A DNA stretch of 64,000 nucleotides from Candidatus Gottesmanbacteria bacterium (GCA_023245355.1 JAHFKN010000001.1:2057-66056), one strand, 5' to 3'; shown: positions 38,693-49,498, numbered from the stretch's first letter. The notes: generated from the letters alone by a model not told the origin. Numbers and translations are program-made.

Positions 38693-39751
38693 ATGGATAT
38701 ACAGCAATTATTTTCGGAAGCTGCACGCAAAGAGGCATCAGATCTTCATTTGGTTGTGGGTTTTCCGCCCATGCTCAGGGTTTCAGGGGTACTGTTTCCG
38801 GTAGAGGGAACCTCTATCCTTACCGACGAAGAAGCGAAAAGTTTAATATACGGAACGTTTACTGCTGATCAGAAAGATATTTACGAAACAAACCGTGAGA
38901 TCGATTATTCCCTGCCGACGTCCGTCGGGCGTTTCCGGGTAAATGTGTACATGCAAAAGACGACGATTGCAGGAGCGTTCCGGTTGATCCCCCAACAAAT
39001 TAAATCGATAGAAGCATTAGGTTTGCCCGAAATATGTCACCAGTTTGTAAAACTGCGTCAGGGACTTGTGCTGGTGACGGGGCCTACCGGGCATGGGAAA
39101 TCGACCACATTAGCGTCGATGATCAACGTGATAAATCAGGGGAAAGCAACACACATCGTTACCATCGAAGACCCGATAGAGTACGTGTATCCCCCGGGTC
39201 AGTCCATTGTCTCCCAGCGGGAGATGCACAGCGACACGCATTCGTACAACGTCGCACTCCGGAGTGTTCTGCGCGAAGATCCCGATGTTGTGCTGATCGG
39301 AGAAATGCGGGATTTCGAAACAATTCAGTCAGCTATCACGATTGCTGAAACCGGCCACTTGGTGTTTGCGACGCTGCACACGAATTCTGCCGCCCAGACC
39401 ATAGACCGTATTGTGGACGTGTTTCCGGAGAATCAACAGACGCAGGTGCGGTTGCAGTTATCCAATGTGTTGGAAGGAGTGCTTTCGTTGCGTCTTATCC
39501 CGGCTCTTTCCGGCGGCCGCGTGCCCGCGTCAGAAATTCTTACCGCCACCCCCGCCGTCCGTACACTTATCCGTGAAGGGAAAACACATCAGATAGATAA
39601 CATTATTCAGACGAGCGCTGAATTCGGCATGATGACGCTGGAAACATCGCTCGCGCAGCTGGTAAAAGCAGGAGTACTCGGACTTGATATCGCGTCATCG
39701 TATGCGTTGCGGCCGGAAGAACTCGGCCGGCTTCTCAAACGGACAACCTGA
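38693..39751 (+). CDS. pilT: Twitching motility retraction ATPase PilT
   Basis: 352 aa with GPTGHGKSTT and the AIRNLIRE-type region (TLIREGK). Confidence 0.85.
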   Translation: MDIQQLFSEAARKEASDLHLVVGFPPMLRVSGVLFPVEGTSILTDEEAKSLIYGTFTADQKDIYETNREIDYSLPTSVGRFRVNVYMQKTTIAGAFRLIPQQIKSIEALGLPEICHQFVKLRQGLVLVTGPTGHGKSTTLASMINVINQGKATHIVTIEDPIEYVYPPGQSIVSQREMHSDTHSYNVALRSVLREDPDVVLIGEMRDFETIQSAITIAETGHLVFATLHTNSAAQTIDRIVDVFPENQQTQVRLQLSNVLEGVLSLRLIPALSGGRVPASEILTATPAVRTLIREGKTHQIDNIIQTSAEFGMMTLETSLAQLVKAGVLGLDIASSYALRPEELGRLLKRTT

Positions 39752-39777
39752 CGCCAGAAAGAGTAAGGAACTGACAT

Positions 39778-40986
39778 ATGGCATTTTTTTCCTACAAAGC
39801 ACGGGATTCCGCAGGTAAAACGGTGAACGGACTTGTGGAAGCAATATCAAAAGATGCGGCAACCAAGCTGCTGCATGAAAAACAACTGTTTATTATCGGC
39901 ATCACGGAGACCCACGGACCGTCAAAAGGATCGTCATCCAAACAGTTTCAGCGTGTGGGGTTCGGAGAAATAGTAAATTTTACCCGCCAGTTGTCGACCA
40001 TGGTGGTCGCCGGGTTATCTCTTCCGGAGTCACTTTCCATTCTGCGGGCACAAACTACTAACCCGGCGTTCGGCAGCGTGCTGATGGAAATCGAGCATCA
40101 GATTGTCGGCGGCGGAAACTTAGGTGACGCGCTTGCCAAATATCCGCAGCATTTTTCGGCAATTTATATAGCCCTTATCCGGGCCGGAGAATCGTCCGGA
40201 CAACTGGATCAGGTCCTGGCCCGGCTTGCGGACTCCATGGAATCCCAGCGCGATTTCCGCAGTAAGGTGGCCGGCGCCATGATTTATCCCGTGATTATTT
40301 TGGTCGGTATGGGTATAGTCGTGATGATCATGATGACGGTTGTCATCCCGAAGCTTACCGAACTGTACGCGGATTTCGGTGTCGATCTGCCGTTTGCCAC
40401 ACAGCTGCTTATTACGATCTCTAAGTTTTTTGTCGTCTGGTGGTGGATGATGATTGCTCTTGCCGTCGGAGGCTTTTACGGGTTTATGCGGTGGAAGAAA
40501 ACAAAAATCGGCGAATTAGTGGTCGATACCATCGTGCTGCATGTTCCCCTGTTCGGAGAACTTCAGAAAAAAATTATTCTTGTGGAATTTACCCGTACAT
40601 TATCCATGCTTATTTCATCCGGTATCCGGCTTCTGGACGCATTGCATATATTAAAGGACGCATTGGGTAACGTGTTGTTCCGGAATGCCATCGTCGATAT
40701 TTCCAAAAAAGTGGAACGCGGATTTCCGCTCGGGGAAACATTTTCCCAGTATCCCGTGTTTCCGCCGATTGTGTCGCAAATGATGAAGGTCGGAGAAGAA
40801 ACGGGAAAACTTGATGATACGCTGCTGAAGTTGTCTAAATATTTCGCGTCGGAATCAGAGAATCTTGTGAAGGGACTAACGACGGCCATAGAGCCGATCA
40901 TTATGGTCATCCTGGGAGTCGGCGTCGGGTTCATTGTCATCTCGGTAATTACTCCTATTTACAACTTGACAAGTCAATTTAAATAA
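39778..40986 (+). CDS. pilC: Type IV pilus platform protein PilC (T2SS-F domains x2)
   Basis: 402 aa with two GspF repeats. Confidence 0.85.
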   Translation: MAFFSYKARDSAGKTVNGLVEAISKDAATKLLHEKQLFIIGITETHGPSKGSSSKQFQRVGFGEIVNFTRQLSTMVVAGLSLPESLSILRAQTTNPAFGSVLMEIEHQIVGGGNLGDALAKYPQHFSAIYIALIRAGESSGQLDQVLARLADSMESQRDFRSKVAGAMIYPVIILVGMGIVVMIMMTVVIPKLTELYADFGVDLPFATQLLITISKFFVVWWWMMIALAVGGFYGFMRWKKTKIGELVVDTIVLHVPLFGELQKKIILVEFTRTLSMLISSGIRLLDALHILKDALGNVLFRNAIVDISKKVERGFPLGETFSQYPVFPPIVSQMMKVGEETGKLDDTLLKLSKYFASESENLVKGLTTAIEPIIMVILGVGVGFIVISVITPIYNLTSQFK

Positions 40987-41516
40987 TGATAAACCTAAGT
41001 CATATGAGAAATTATTCTGCCGCAAATAAAGGGTTTACTCTTATCGAATTGTTAATCGTTATCGCGTTGTTAGGAGCGCTCGCGGTAGGATTACTTGCTA
41101 CCATTGATCCGTTTGAACAACTGAAAAAAGGCCGTGACACATCACTCCGGAACACGGTATCGGAATTTTACAATGCGAACCTGCGGTATTACGCTACCAA
41201 GGGACAATTCCCGTGGGGCACCAGCGCTACTGCCGGAAGTTCATACCCGGGCTTTACCAGCACGATCACCGAGCTTATCACGGTCGGAGAGCTGAAGAAC
41301 CGGTTCCAGGAATTGGCCGGAAGCGGCAATCTGGCAAAGATATATGTGAATTCGACAAGCGCCGAGCATATATCAGCCTGTTTCCGCCCGGAGTCAAAGG
41401 CATTTCAGGAAGACCTGAACACTATTTATGACTCCAGCGGTGCGACATCAGCAGTCGCATGCAAGTCCCAGACAACGGGAACTGCCGGATCAGACTGCTG
41501 GTTCTGTATCCAGTAA
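40986..41516 (+). CDS. pilA: Type IV pilin (candidate major pilin)
   Basis: Prepilin leader ...KG|FTLIELLIVIALLG, the class III signal peptide consensus. Confidence 0.7.
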   Translation: MINLSHMRNYSAANKGFTLIELLIVIALLGALAVGLLATIDPFEQLKKGRDTSLRNTVSEFYNANLRYYATKGQFPWGTSATAGSSYPGFTSTITELITVGELKNRFQELAGSGNLAKIYVNSTSAEHISACFRPESKAFQEDLNTIYDSSGATSAVACKSQTTGTAGSDCWFCIQ

Positions 41517-41552
41517 CCCTGGTGCAGATTCGGATTCTGCTATAATTCTTTC

Positions 41553-43565
41553 ATGATTGGTTCATGGCTGAGTGCCGCGGTTTCCGCAATACTATTCCTT
41601 TTCTTTCAGGCGCAGGGTATTTATACCGGAGACAGCGGTGACTTGGTGACTGCATCTGCAGTCGGAGGAGTCCCCCACCCTCCCGGATATCCGTTGTATA
41701 CATGGCTTGGGTGGTTAATCTCTCATATGCCCGTTCTTACGGCATCCTGGCGGCTTACGCTGCTTTCTTCTGTTCCTCACGCCATAACCGTTGGTTTGGT
41801 GTATGCCCTCATTTATCGGCTGACGAAAAAGAACGTATTAGCAAGTGTATTCGGCGCTGTTTCTCTGAGTGTTAACTATCTGTTTTTCCTTTACAGTGTC
41901 ACGCCGGAAGTGTTTGCCCTGTTTGACTTGTTTGTCGTGCTTTTGTGGTATCTGTTGTTTACCTGGCAGGAGAGCAAAAACATCCGATACCTTTACGGTG
42001 CACTCTTTGTGTTCGGTCTGTCTCTGTCTCATCATCATGTCATGTTGTTTTTTATACCGGCAATTCTTTATTTTTTGTGGGCAAACCGCGTCACGTTTAT
42101 TTCTTCCATGAAACGCCCCGCATCGATTGCGGGCGGTATCGGGCTTGTCGCATTGGGGTTTTTGCCTTACCTGTATATTCCGTTTGCAGCAGCCCGGGAT
42201 CCGATAATCAATTGGGACCGGGTCGTCAATGTAGGAGCATTCTGGCGTCTTATAAGCCGAGCTGACTACGGCACCTTTGTGTCGGGAGGATCGTTCGGCC
42301 AGACGCTCGGGGAGCGCTGGCTTTCCGTCATCGCATACGGGCAGTTTTTGGTTACGGATTGGTCGCTTGTCGGCATAGTACTTGCGGCGGCAGGGTTGTT
42401 TTCCTGGTGGCGTACCATGCGCGTACGGTTCTGGTCCTGGATTATCGCCCTGCTTTCCATCGGGCCGCTCTTCCTTTTTTATGCAAGCTTCCCTCTGGCC
42501 AGCAGATTTACACTCGGCACGTATGAGCGGTTTTTACTCCCGGAGTATACGCTGGTATCCGTACTCATCGGTGTCGGACTGGCGGCATGTATGGATTTTT
42601 TCAGCATGGCGCTGCGCCCGTATGTTGATACGAAGAAACGCCGGGCAATTATTGCGCTATTGGGACTTATATTCATGATCTATCCGGTTTCCTTAGGGAG
42701 TGTCACCTTGTGGAGGTTTTGGGGATTTTCCGGCGACCGGACGGCCGAAAATCTCGGACGCGATATTCTCGCCAATACGCCGCAAAACGCAGTGCTGCTT
42801 CTTTCTCAGGATACGGCGTTATTTACCACGCAGTATGTTCGGTACGTGCTGGGCGTGCGGACTGATACGGCTGTTATCCATGCGGCACGGTTGTCTCTTC
42901 CTGATTATCAGATCGTGCTTAAAAAACATTTTCCGCGCTTGAGATTTCCGTCCGTGTCTCAGGCGGAATTTCTTTCCGCGTTCGTAAAAGAAAACAGTGC
43001 CCCTCAAACCAGGGTGTTTAGCAATATTAATCTTCCTATCGGAGACGGATGGTATTGGGTACCGCGCGGGTTACTCTATGAAGCGATTCCCTCCGAAGAG
43101 CTTCCTTCGGTTTCTGACATGTACGGCAGGGTGCTAGCAATCAGAACACAGATACATAATCCGCGTGCCGGTATCCTGTCCCGCTATCCGCATCTTATGC
43201 TTTCCGACGTGCTCGACGTGTATGCCTCGGGACATATCGCGCTTGGGAAAACGCTGGTCCGTGCTGATAAGTGGGATGAAGCCAGGCAGGAATTTGCCCA
43301 AGCCGTGGCTTTGGACGGAGACACCAGTGTTGTGGAAGCGCTCGAGTTGTTCGGCCTTACTCAGGTATACATGAAAGACTGCCGCGGCGCACTTTTGTCA
43401 TTTGAGGAAGCGAAGCGGAAATCATTTGTAGCCTCCCCTTCGCACCTTAGGCTGGAATCCGTTACGTATGGTGAGTGCCTGGGGGATGCGGTGCGTGCCC
43501 GGGAGCTTTTTTCTGAATATGAACGGCTGAAGAAAGCATCGGAGCAACCACTAGAAGCGCTGTAA
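41553..43565 (+). CDS. DUF2723 / PMT-like (GT-C fold) polytopic glycosyltransferase-like membrane protein with a C-terminal TPR-like region
   Basis: 670 aa. The N-terminal GDSGDL...HPPGYPLYTWLGW motif is characteristic of the DUF2723/TMEM260 family. It sits immediately after the pilin gene. Confidence 0.55.
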   Translation: MIGSWLSAAVSAILFLFFQAQGIYTGDSGDLVTASAVGGVPHPPGYPLYTWLGWLISHMPVLTASWRLTLLSSVPHAITVGLVYALIYRLTKKNVLASVFGAVSLSVNYLFFLYSVTPEVFALFDLFVVLLWYLLFTWQESKNIRYLYGALFVFGLSLSHHHVMLFFIPAILYFLWANRVTFISSMKRPASIAGGIGLVALGFLPYLYIPFAAARDPIINWDRVVNVGAFWRLISRADYGTFVSGGSFGQTLGERWLSVIAYGQFLVTDWSLVGIVLAAAGLFSWWRTMRVRFWSWIIALLSIGPLFLFYASFPLASRFTLGTYERFLLPEYTLVSVLIGVGLAACMDFFSMALRPYVDTKKRRAIIALLGLIFMIYPVSLGSVTLWRFWGFSGDRTAENLGRDILANTPQNAVLLLSQDTALFTTQYVRYVLGVRTDTAVIHAARLSLPDYQIVLKKHFPRLRFPSVSQAEFLSAFVKENSAPQTRVFSNINLPIGDGWYWVPRGLLYEAIPSEELPSVSDMYGRVLAIRTQIHNPRAGILSRYPHLMLSDVLDVYASGHIALGKTLVRADKWDEARQEFAQAVALDGDTSVVEALELFGLTQVYMKDCRGALLSFEEAKRKSFVASPSHLRLESVTYGECLGDAVRARELFSEYERLKKASEQPLEAL

Positions 43566-45699
43566 ATATCGTACTTACAAGACTCAGCCCTATTCCCCAG
43601 CGGATGCTGAGAGGCGTATATTCAAACGTTACAATGTGATTGCCTTTAGGGATCATAACGGCCCGCTGGGAAAGATTTGCAGTAAGAATCGGCGTGTTTT
43701 GGCCGTCGACAGCAGCTGTCCAGCCGGGATAATTGGTGTCAGAAAGTACCAGGAATGCATCAGACGCGGTATGTATATCAAGCGTTACGGATGCATGCGT
43801 GTTCTGCTTCCAGACAACGGTGTTTCCGCCGGGTAGCGCTGGCGTACCGCGTAACCCGGATATGAATGATGCAAGGTGCGGAATTTTTTTCACTTCATGA
43901 GTTTCCAACAGCACGGATGTTCCTGCCGGAAGGCTGGGTCCTGTCAGTGTTGCGACAGCTTCCGTAAGGGTTGCTGCGGTCGTTGCTTCAGAAACGAGAT
44001 ACGCCCGTGGCACATATTCCGGATTTTCGTAGAGTGTAAGATCCGTGTCCCCTTCCCGGACACTCGTGACAGGAATGAGATTGGCAGCATCTACAGGGAG
44101 AAATGAGAGGATATACCGCACGGAAAATAGATCCAGCATTTTTTCGGCTGATATCGTCGCAGTCCGGTCATTTGTTTTGATCGATTCAGATAGCAGGCTG
44201 TCGGTGATAGCAGGACGTTTAAGATATCGGCCTGCATACACATTGTGCTGCATTACCCCCCACAGCACGTTACTGTCAGGGGAGAGTCCGAGACGGAGGA
44301 ACCGGTATGGTTCAGGGGAATTCCATCCGGATTTGGTCACGAAGCGGTTGTAGATTGCACCGTGTCCGACCGTTATCACTCTGTCAGAGCCGATCAGATT
44401 GGCTATGGCGGGTTTGCTGAGCCAGGTTTGTGCCGGCTCTATCATATGATACGACCACCAGGTTGTTATTAGCTGCGTCGTGTGCAGAAGAACAATGACC
44501 GCAATCAGTATATGCACGCGTTTGTTCTGAGTTTTCCGGAGCAGATAGTCCAATACATACCCTCCTGATAATGCAATTGCAATAATCGAAAGCCAGAGAA
44601 ATCTGGACGGTACCCGAAAAAGCGTAAGCGGCCATATGCTGAAAAGAATATAAGAAGGCGCGTATTTGCCGCCGGCAAGTACCAGACTTATACCCATACT
44701 GCACAGTAATAACGGCATGAGGCGTATTTTTTTTATATATAACAACGCAAGCGGCAGCAGAAGTATGGGTAAAAGCCCTATATACGCGGTATTTTCCCAG
44801 AAGATACTGCCGTCAAACGCATAAAAAGGAGGGTATGTTCCTGTTTTCGGGTTGCCAAGTGCAAACGGCTGCAAAAAGCTGATCAGATGCTTAACCGGCA
44901 TCGAATACATGGTGGAGGTAGCAGGAGAAAATCCCGAAGGATCGGTACTGGCGCGCAAAAATTCATATGAGGGGAGTATCTGCGCGCTTCCGCCTATGAT
45001 GCCCAATATGACTCCCGCCGCCCAAATTACACAGGCTTTCCAGTTTTTTTCGACCAGCAGCGCGTGATAGAAAACAAATACGGCAGCTATCCCCAGAGTC
45101 AGAAATGTCGCCTGGGGAAATCCTGCAAAAATTTGCTGAGACAGGGCGAATGCAAGCAGTCCTGTCCAGGGAAGTGCGTTTCGGGTTACTACCAATATGC
45201 TCAGCACGGTGATGATCGGAAGCATGCTCATGCCCTGCAGGAGCGTAATGTGAGTCAGCTGTGTCATCGAAAGACCCGAAAACATGACTGACACGGCGAT
45301 AAACCAGGAAGGAAGCGGGGAAAGTTTCATGATGCGAGAAAGCCAATACATTCCTGCCCCCAAAAAAAGCACCGTTGCGGCAAGGGTTGCGTTATATGCA
45401 GCAACCGGAGAAAGCAATCGAAACAGGATAAGGTTTGGCAGGAATAACGCTCCGGTTTGTCCTTCGGCAAACACCGGAAAGCCGTCTCCTATATCATTTC
45501 TCCATAATGGCAGCGAATTGGATTTGAGTGATTCGCTCAGTATGTATTTGGTCGCGAAGCTGAAATGCCATGCGTCGCTTCTGCCGTAGTCGGGTGTGAC
45601 CAGAAGCTTGGGTTCCGGGTAAAACAACCGTGCGAAAAACAGGAGAACGAGAAAAAAAATTGCAGACAGTCCGATACAATCAGCCCACGCTCTCTTCAT
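43462..45699 (-). CDS. YfhO-family membrane glycosyltransferase-like protein
   Basis: 745 aa. The N-terminal region ...SLPLWRNDIGDGFPVFAEGQTGALFLPN... is YfhO-like. Its 3' end overlaps the convergent DUF2723 gene by about 100 nt, so the exact C-terminus is uncertain. Confidence 0.55.
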   Translation of the reverse strand: MKRAWADCIGLSAIFFLVLLFFARLFYPEPKLLVTPDYGRSDAWHFSFATKYILSESLKSNSLPLWRNDIGDGFPVFAEGQTGALFLPNLILFRLLSPVAAYNATLAATVLFLGAGMYWLSRIMKLSPLPSWFIAVSVMFSGLSMTQLTHITLLQGMSMLPIITVLSILVVTRNALPWTGLLAFALSQQIFAGFPQATFLTLGIAAVFVFYHALLVEKNWKACVIWAAGVILGIIGGSAQILPSYEFLRASTDPSGFSPATSTMYSMPVKHLISFLQPFALGNPKTGTYPPFYAFDGSIFWENTAYIGLLPILLLPLALLYIKKIRLMPLLLCSMGISLVLAGGKYAPSYILFSIWPLTLFRVPSRFLWLSIIAIALSGGYVLDYLLRKTQNKRVHILIAVIVLLHTTQLITTWWSYHMIEPAQTWLSKPAIANLIGSDRVITVGHGAIYNRFVTKSGWNSPEPYRFLRLGLSPDSNVLWGVMQHNVYAGRYLKRPAITDSLLSESIKTNDRTATISAEKMLDLFSVRYILSFLPVDAANLIPVTSVREGDTDLTLYENPEYVPRAYLVSEATTAATLTEAVATLTGPSLPAGTSVLLETHEVKKIPHLASFISGLRGTPALPGGNTVVWKQNTHASVTLDIHTASDAFLVLSDTNYPGWTAAVDGQNTPILTANLSQRAVMIPKGNHIVTFEYTPLSIRWGIGLSLVSTIFTALLVVAPMLSSAVHIQKKAPGHAPHPPGTHHT

Positions 45700-45777
45700 A
45701 CGTGAGATAGTCTACTTTTTTTACGCTGTTGCTGCAACGCCCTTGATTGTTAGTGCGTCTTCCCTGATACTAATTCT

Positions 45778-46527
45778 ATGGTGTACGCAATTATTGTCCT
45801 CTTCGGGTTGGTTGTCGGCTCATTCCTCAACGTGTTAATTGACCGTATTCCCCGGGGTGAAAATGTCGTGTGGAAACCCTCGCATTGCGATTATTGTAAA
45901 AAGCCGCTCCGGTGGTTTGAGCTATTTCCTGTTATTTCCTACGTGATTTTGGGCGGCAGGTGCCGGAGGTGCCGTCATACGCTTTCCATACAGTATCCGG
46001 TTATGGAAAGTATCACGGCTCTCGGATTTCTCAGCGTGTTTTTCTACACAAACACATCGGTATTCTGGTTGTTGCTTTCGTTGTGTATATTTTCTTCGCT
46101 TCTTGTCATGTTCATGATAGATATGAAGCATCAGATTATTCCGGACAGTATGCTGCTTGTCCTGCTGGTAGGTGTTGCCGTATCCGGCATCCCCCTTTCG
46201 TGGGCTGAGCGCGGACAGCATCTTGTGACCGCATTTATTTGCGGAGGGCTGTTTTTGTTTCTCTGGACGGTGACACGCGGTCGGGGTTTGGGATTCGGCG
46301 ACGTGAAATTGGTTGCAGTATTGGCGTTATTTTTGGGGTATCCGTTTTCCGTCATTATGTTATATATCGCTTTCTTGACCGGGGCAATGCTGGGTGTCAT
46401 ACTGATAGCAACCCACCGGGCAAAAATGAAAACCCGGATTGCATTCGGCCCGTTTCTTATAGCAGGATTTGCCGGTGCGATACTATTCGGTGAACCAATT
46501 CTTGTTTGGTGGCGCAGTTTATTATGA
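45778..46527 (+). CDS. pilD: Prepilin peptidase (A24 family)
   Basis: N-terminal CxxC...CxxC Zn motif and the aspartyl protease core GFGDVKL. Confidence 0.85.
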   Translation: MVYAIIVLFGLVVGSFLNVLIDRIPRGENVVWKPSHCDYCKKPLRWFELFPVISYVILGGRCRRCRHTLSIQYPVMESITALGFLSVFFYTNTSVFWLLLSLCIFSSLLVMFMIDMKHQIIPDSMLLVLLVGVAVSGIPLSWAERGQHLVTAFICGGLFLFLWTVTRGRGLGFGDVKLVAVLALFLGYPFSVIMLYIAFLTGAMLGVILIATHRAKMKTRIAFGPFLIAGFAGAILFGEPILVWWRSLL

Positions 46528-46988
46528 AGATACACCGTACAAAAAAACGCACAGGGTTCTCACTCGTCGAACTGCTTATCACCGTTTCAATTATTGCTAT
46601 TTTGATAGCTATCGGCGTTGCTTCATACGGTACCATTAACAGACAATCCCGCGATACGAAGCGTAAAAGCGATTTGGAACAGATCCGTTCGGCGCTTGAA
46701 ATGTATCGGGCGGACATCGGGTCATATCCTTCAGCCGGCAGCGGTAGTTTTGTGGCAGCCTCCAGCGCGACGGACGCTCTTGTAGGGTTGACGCCTTCAT
46801 TGGTATCTACCTATTTGCCTGTCATACCGTCAGATCCGAAATCAACACAAAGCTACATGTACAAGGCTACGAATCCTTCCGGAGGAACCTATTATGGATA
46901 TTGCTTAAGTGCCTTATTGGAAAGTGAAGATCCGCTAGATACCTGCACACCATCGGTCGGGCAAACGTACGGTGTGAAAAATCCATGA
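46506..46988 (+). CDS. Minor pilin / pseudopilin
   Basis: Prepilin signal ...TGFSLVELLITVSIIAIL. Confidence 0.65.
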   Translation: MVAQFIMKIHRTKKRTGFSLVELLITVSIIAILIAIGVASYGTINRQSRDTKRKSDLEQIRSALEMYRADIGSYPSAGSGSFVAASSATDALVGLTPSLVSTYLPVIPSDPKSTQSYMYKATNPSGGTYYGYCLSALLESEDPLDTCTPSVGQTYGVKNP

Positions 46989-47452
46989 CGAAGCACGGAT
47001 TCACGCTTATCGAGCTCCTTGTCGTTGTTTCCGTATTAGTGACTATCCTGGGGTTGGGAGTGGCCAGTTTTAACAGCTTTAACCGGCGTGAACGCATTAA
47101 ACAAACGGCCCTGACGCTAAAATCCACGTTGCGTTTCAGTCAGACTAAGGCCATTTCAGCCCAAAAACCTACCTCCAATTGTACGACATACGTAGGTATG
47201 CGCGTAAGTTTTACCGCCTCAACGTATTCGATGCAGCATGAATGTAATCCTGAGGGTGTGGTGGGGTCGGTGGAAACCGTTACATTACCGCGGGGTATTA
47301 CGTTCTCCCCTATTCCGACGTCATTTACGTTTCTTACCCGTTCAAATACGGACAGGATTACAACGGATACCCCGATAACGATGACGAACGGAACGCTGAA
47401 TTACAGTCTGATAATATCCCCCAACGGGGGCGTGCGGGCGAGCGGATTTTAA
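46985..47452 (+). CDS. Minor pilin / pseudopilin
   Basis: MTKHGFTLIELLVVVSVLV. Confidence 0.65.
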   Translation: MTKHGFTLIELLVVVSVLVTILGLGVASFNSFNRRERIKQTALTLKSTLRFSQTKAISAQKPTSNCTTYVGMRVSFTASTYSMQHECNPEGVVGSVETVTLPRGITFSPIPTSFTFLTRSNTDRITTDTPITMTNGTLNYSLIISPNGGVRASGF

Positions 47453-47455
47453 TCT

Positions 47456-47902
47456 ATGAAACGCAAGGATAGTTCTGAATCAGGGCAGACGCTGCTGGAA
47501 TTGGTCGTTGCCATAGGTGTGGTTGCGATTGTCATCACTGCATTGGTTGCAGCAGTTACCGCGTCACTGCGGTACAGTCGGGCCACACAGTTACGGAGCC
47601 GCGGGGTGAAATATGCGCAGGAAGGATTAGAATTGGCGCGTAAACTCCGGGATATCAGCACCTGGGACGTGTTTCAGGGATATGCGGTCGGCGGAGGTGA
47701 TTGGTGTCTGGATGAATCGGGTACCTGGACGGTCGATGCATCAAGCGGAGCCTGTCCCTTAAGTGCATCGAATAATTTCTGGAGAACCATTCATTTTGCA
47801 TGGAACGACCCGACGATGGATGTAACCGTTAGGGTAAGCTGGGGAGAACGGAACGTGCCGTCTACCGTCGAACTTAAGACATATTTTACTCATTGGAAAT
47901 AA
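47456..47902 (+). CDS. Minor pilin / pseudopilin
   Basis: ...SGQTLLELVVAIGVVAIV prepilin-type N-terminus. Confidence 0.6.
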   Translation: MKRKDSSESGQTLLELVVAIGVVAIVITALVAAVTASLRYSRATQLRSRGVKYAQEGLELARKLRDISTWDVFQGYAVGGGDWCLDESGTWTVDASSGACPLSASNNFWRTIHFAWNDPTMDVTVRVSWGERNVPSTVELKTYFTHWK

Positions 47903-48459
47903 TTACTATGAAACATAAGCCTACCCAAACCGGTTTTACATTGCTTGAAATGGTTGTCTCCATTGCGATCGTTGCGATGGTGTCCGTCGTATTAAGCCAG
48001 GTGTTTATTTCCACATTGCGGACGAATACAAAGTCTGAAATCCTCAAAGATATGAAGCAAACCGGAGAAATTGCTCTGGAAACCATGGTGCGATTAATTC
48101 AGAATGCAAAAAGCGTTACGACTGCGTGCGATTACGCGGGCTCTGCAAGCCAGTCACTGATACTCATCAATTCCGATGACGGGCAGACGACACTCGAGTG
48201 TATATATGACGGATCCATAACCCGTCTGGCATCCACAAGCGCGCAGGGCGTGGAGTATCTGACAACTCCGAACGTGACGATGGGCGGTGCCTCATGTGCG
48301 GCGAGCACGCTTTCTTTCGTGTGTAAGGGCGGAGCGGGAGTGTCGTCCAGCGTTACCATAAGTTTCCGTCTGGCCCAATCAGGGGTAGCAGCCGGAGTGT
48401 TTGAACAATCCAGTGAAACGTTTCAGACGTCGGCCGGCATGCGCAATATCGCACAATAA
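47893..48459 (+). CDS. Minor pilin / pseudopilin
   Basis: ...TGFTLLEMVVSIAIVAMV. Confidence 0.6.
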   Translation: MEIITMKHKPTQTGFTLLEMVVSIAIVAMVSVVLSQVFISTLRTNTKSEILKDMKQTGEIALETMVRLIQNAKSVTTACDYAGSASQSLILINSDDGQTTLECIYDGSITRLASTSAQGVEYLTTPNVTMGGASCAASTLSFVCKGGAGVSSSVTISFRLAQSGVAAGVFEQSSETFQTSAGMRNIAQ

Positions 48460-48480
48460 TTTGGTTCCCTTGCCAAGGTA

Positions 48481-49374
48481 ATGAAAATATATAACAATAG
48501 ATATATGAAGATGCACAGGGGAAAATCATACAGGCATCAGCAGGGACAGATACTGCTTATTACGCTTCTTGTTCTGACAGTTGCAACCACGATTGCACTT
48601 TCCCTTATCGGCAGAGCAACAATCGATTTATCCATGAGCAACCAGCTGGAAGAATCGACGCGCGCGTTTAATGCAGCCGAGGCCGGAGTTGAACAGGCCC
48701 TCAAATCCGGTTTGGGTACGAACGGGCCGGCGGTGTTAACCAACGGAGTGACGTATGACGTAACGGTGAATACGATAGGAGGAGCTGCCGGTGTATATCA
48801 GCTTCCGCATCAGACTCCGCAGAATGTGACGGAGACAATATGGCTGGTAGAACATGATCCGATTACCAATGAGGTGGTTGAATCTAAGTTTTACACCTCA
48901 CCGACCATTAATCTTTGCTGGAGTCAGGGGGTTAATCCGAATCCGAGCGCAGGACTCGTTGTCGCCGTTTTGTATAAATCAGGTGTAGATAATTCGTATC
49001 AGGTAGCCCGGATGGCAGTGGATCCGAACGCAGCGACGAACAATAATAATTTTGACGCTACGGGAATCACTGCTGCAGGATGCGGACTCGGGTATTTACA
49101 GAAACAGGTTAATTTTACGACGCTGGGAATTACCGTCGGAGTAGGTGTCGGAGCCGATACGCTGATCGCTCTCCGCGTGCGTCCGGTATATGCGGATACG
49201 ACTATTGCCCTCGACGGAGGGGCCGCCGTGTTGCCAAAGCAGGGAAATGAAATTCAGTCAACCGGAGCGACGGGGACGGGTGTCAGCCGCAAAGTGGTTG
49301 TATTTCAGCAGTATCGCGCTCCCCTTTCGATATTCGATTCGGTCATATACAGTCAGTCATCGTTTGGACATTAG
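48481..49374 (+). CDS. PilX-like minor pilin (PilX_N domain)
   Basis: ...QGQILLITLLVLTVATTIALSLIGRA...AFNAAEAGVEQAL matches the PilX N-terminal domain pattern. Confidence 0.55.
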   Translation: MKIYNNRYMKMHRGKSYRHQQGQILLITLLVLTVATTIALSLIGRATIDLSMSNQLEESTRAFNAAEAGVEQALKSGLGTNGPAVLTNGVTYDVTVNTIGGAAGVYQLPHQTPQNVTETIWLVEHDPITNEVVESKFYTSPTINLCWSQGVNPNPSAGLVVAVLYKSGVDNSYQVARMAVDPNAATNNNNFDATGITAAGCGLGYLQKQVNFTTLGITVGVGVGADTLIALRVRPVYADTTIALDGGAAVLPKQGNEIQSTGATGTGVSRKVVVFQQYRAPLSIFDSVIYSQSSFGH

Positions 49375-49432
49375 AGATGCTGCCCAGCGCCTGGTCATAG
49401 AGTTTTGTACGCCGTATACGTCATTGGTACAT

Positions 49433-49493
49433 AAGGATACGGAAATATGCCTCGCTTTGGGTAGTGTGTTTATAAAGAAAGGATACGGAATAT
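49433..49493 (+). promoter_or_regulatory. Two direct repeats AAGGATACGGAA(A)TAT, 46 bp apart, upstream of pilM; candidate regulator binding sites
   Basis: Copies at 49433-49448 and 49479-49493 in the 125-nt pilX-pilM intergenic region. Confidence 0.3.
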
Positions 49494-49498
49494 TCTGA

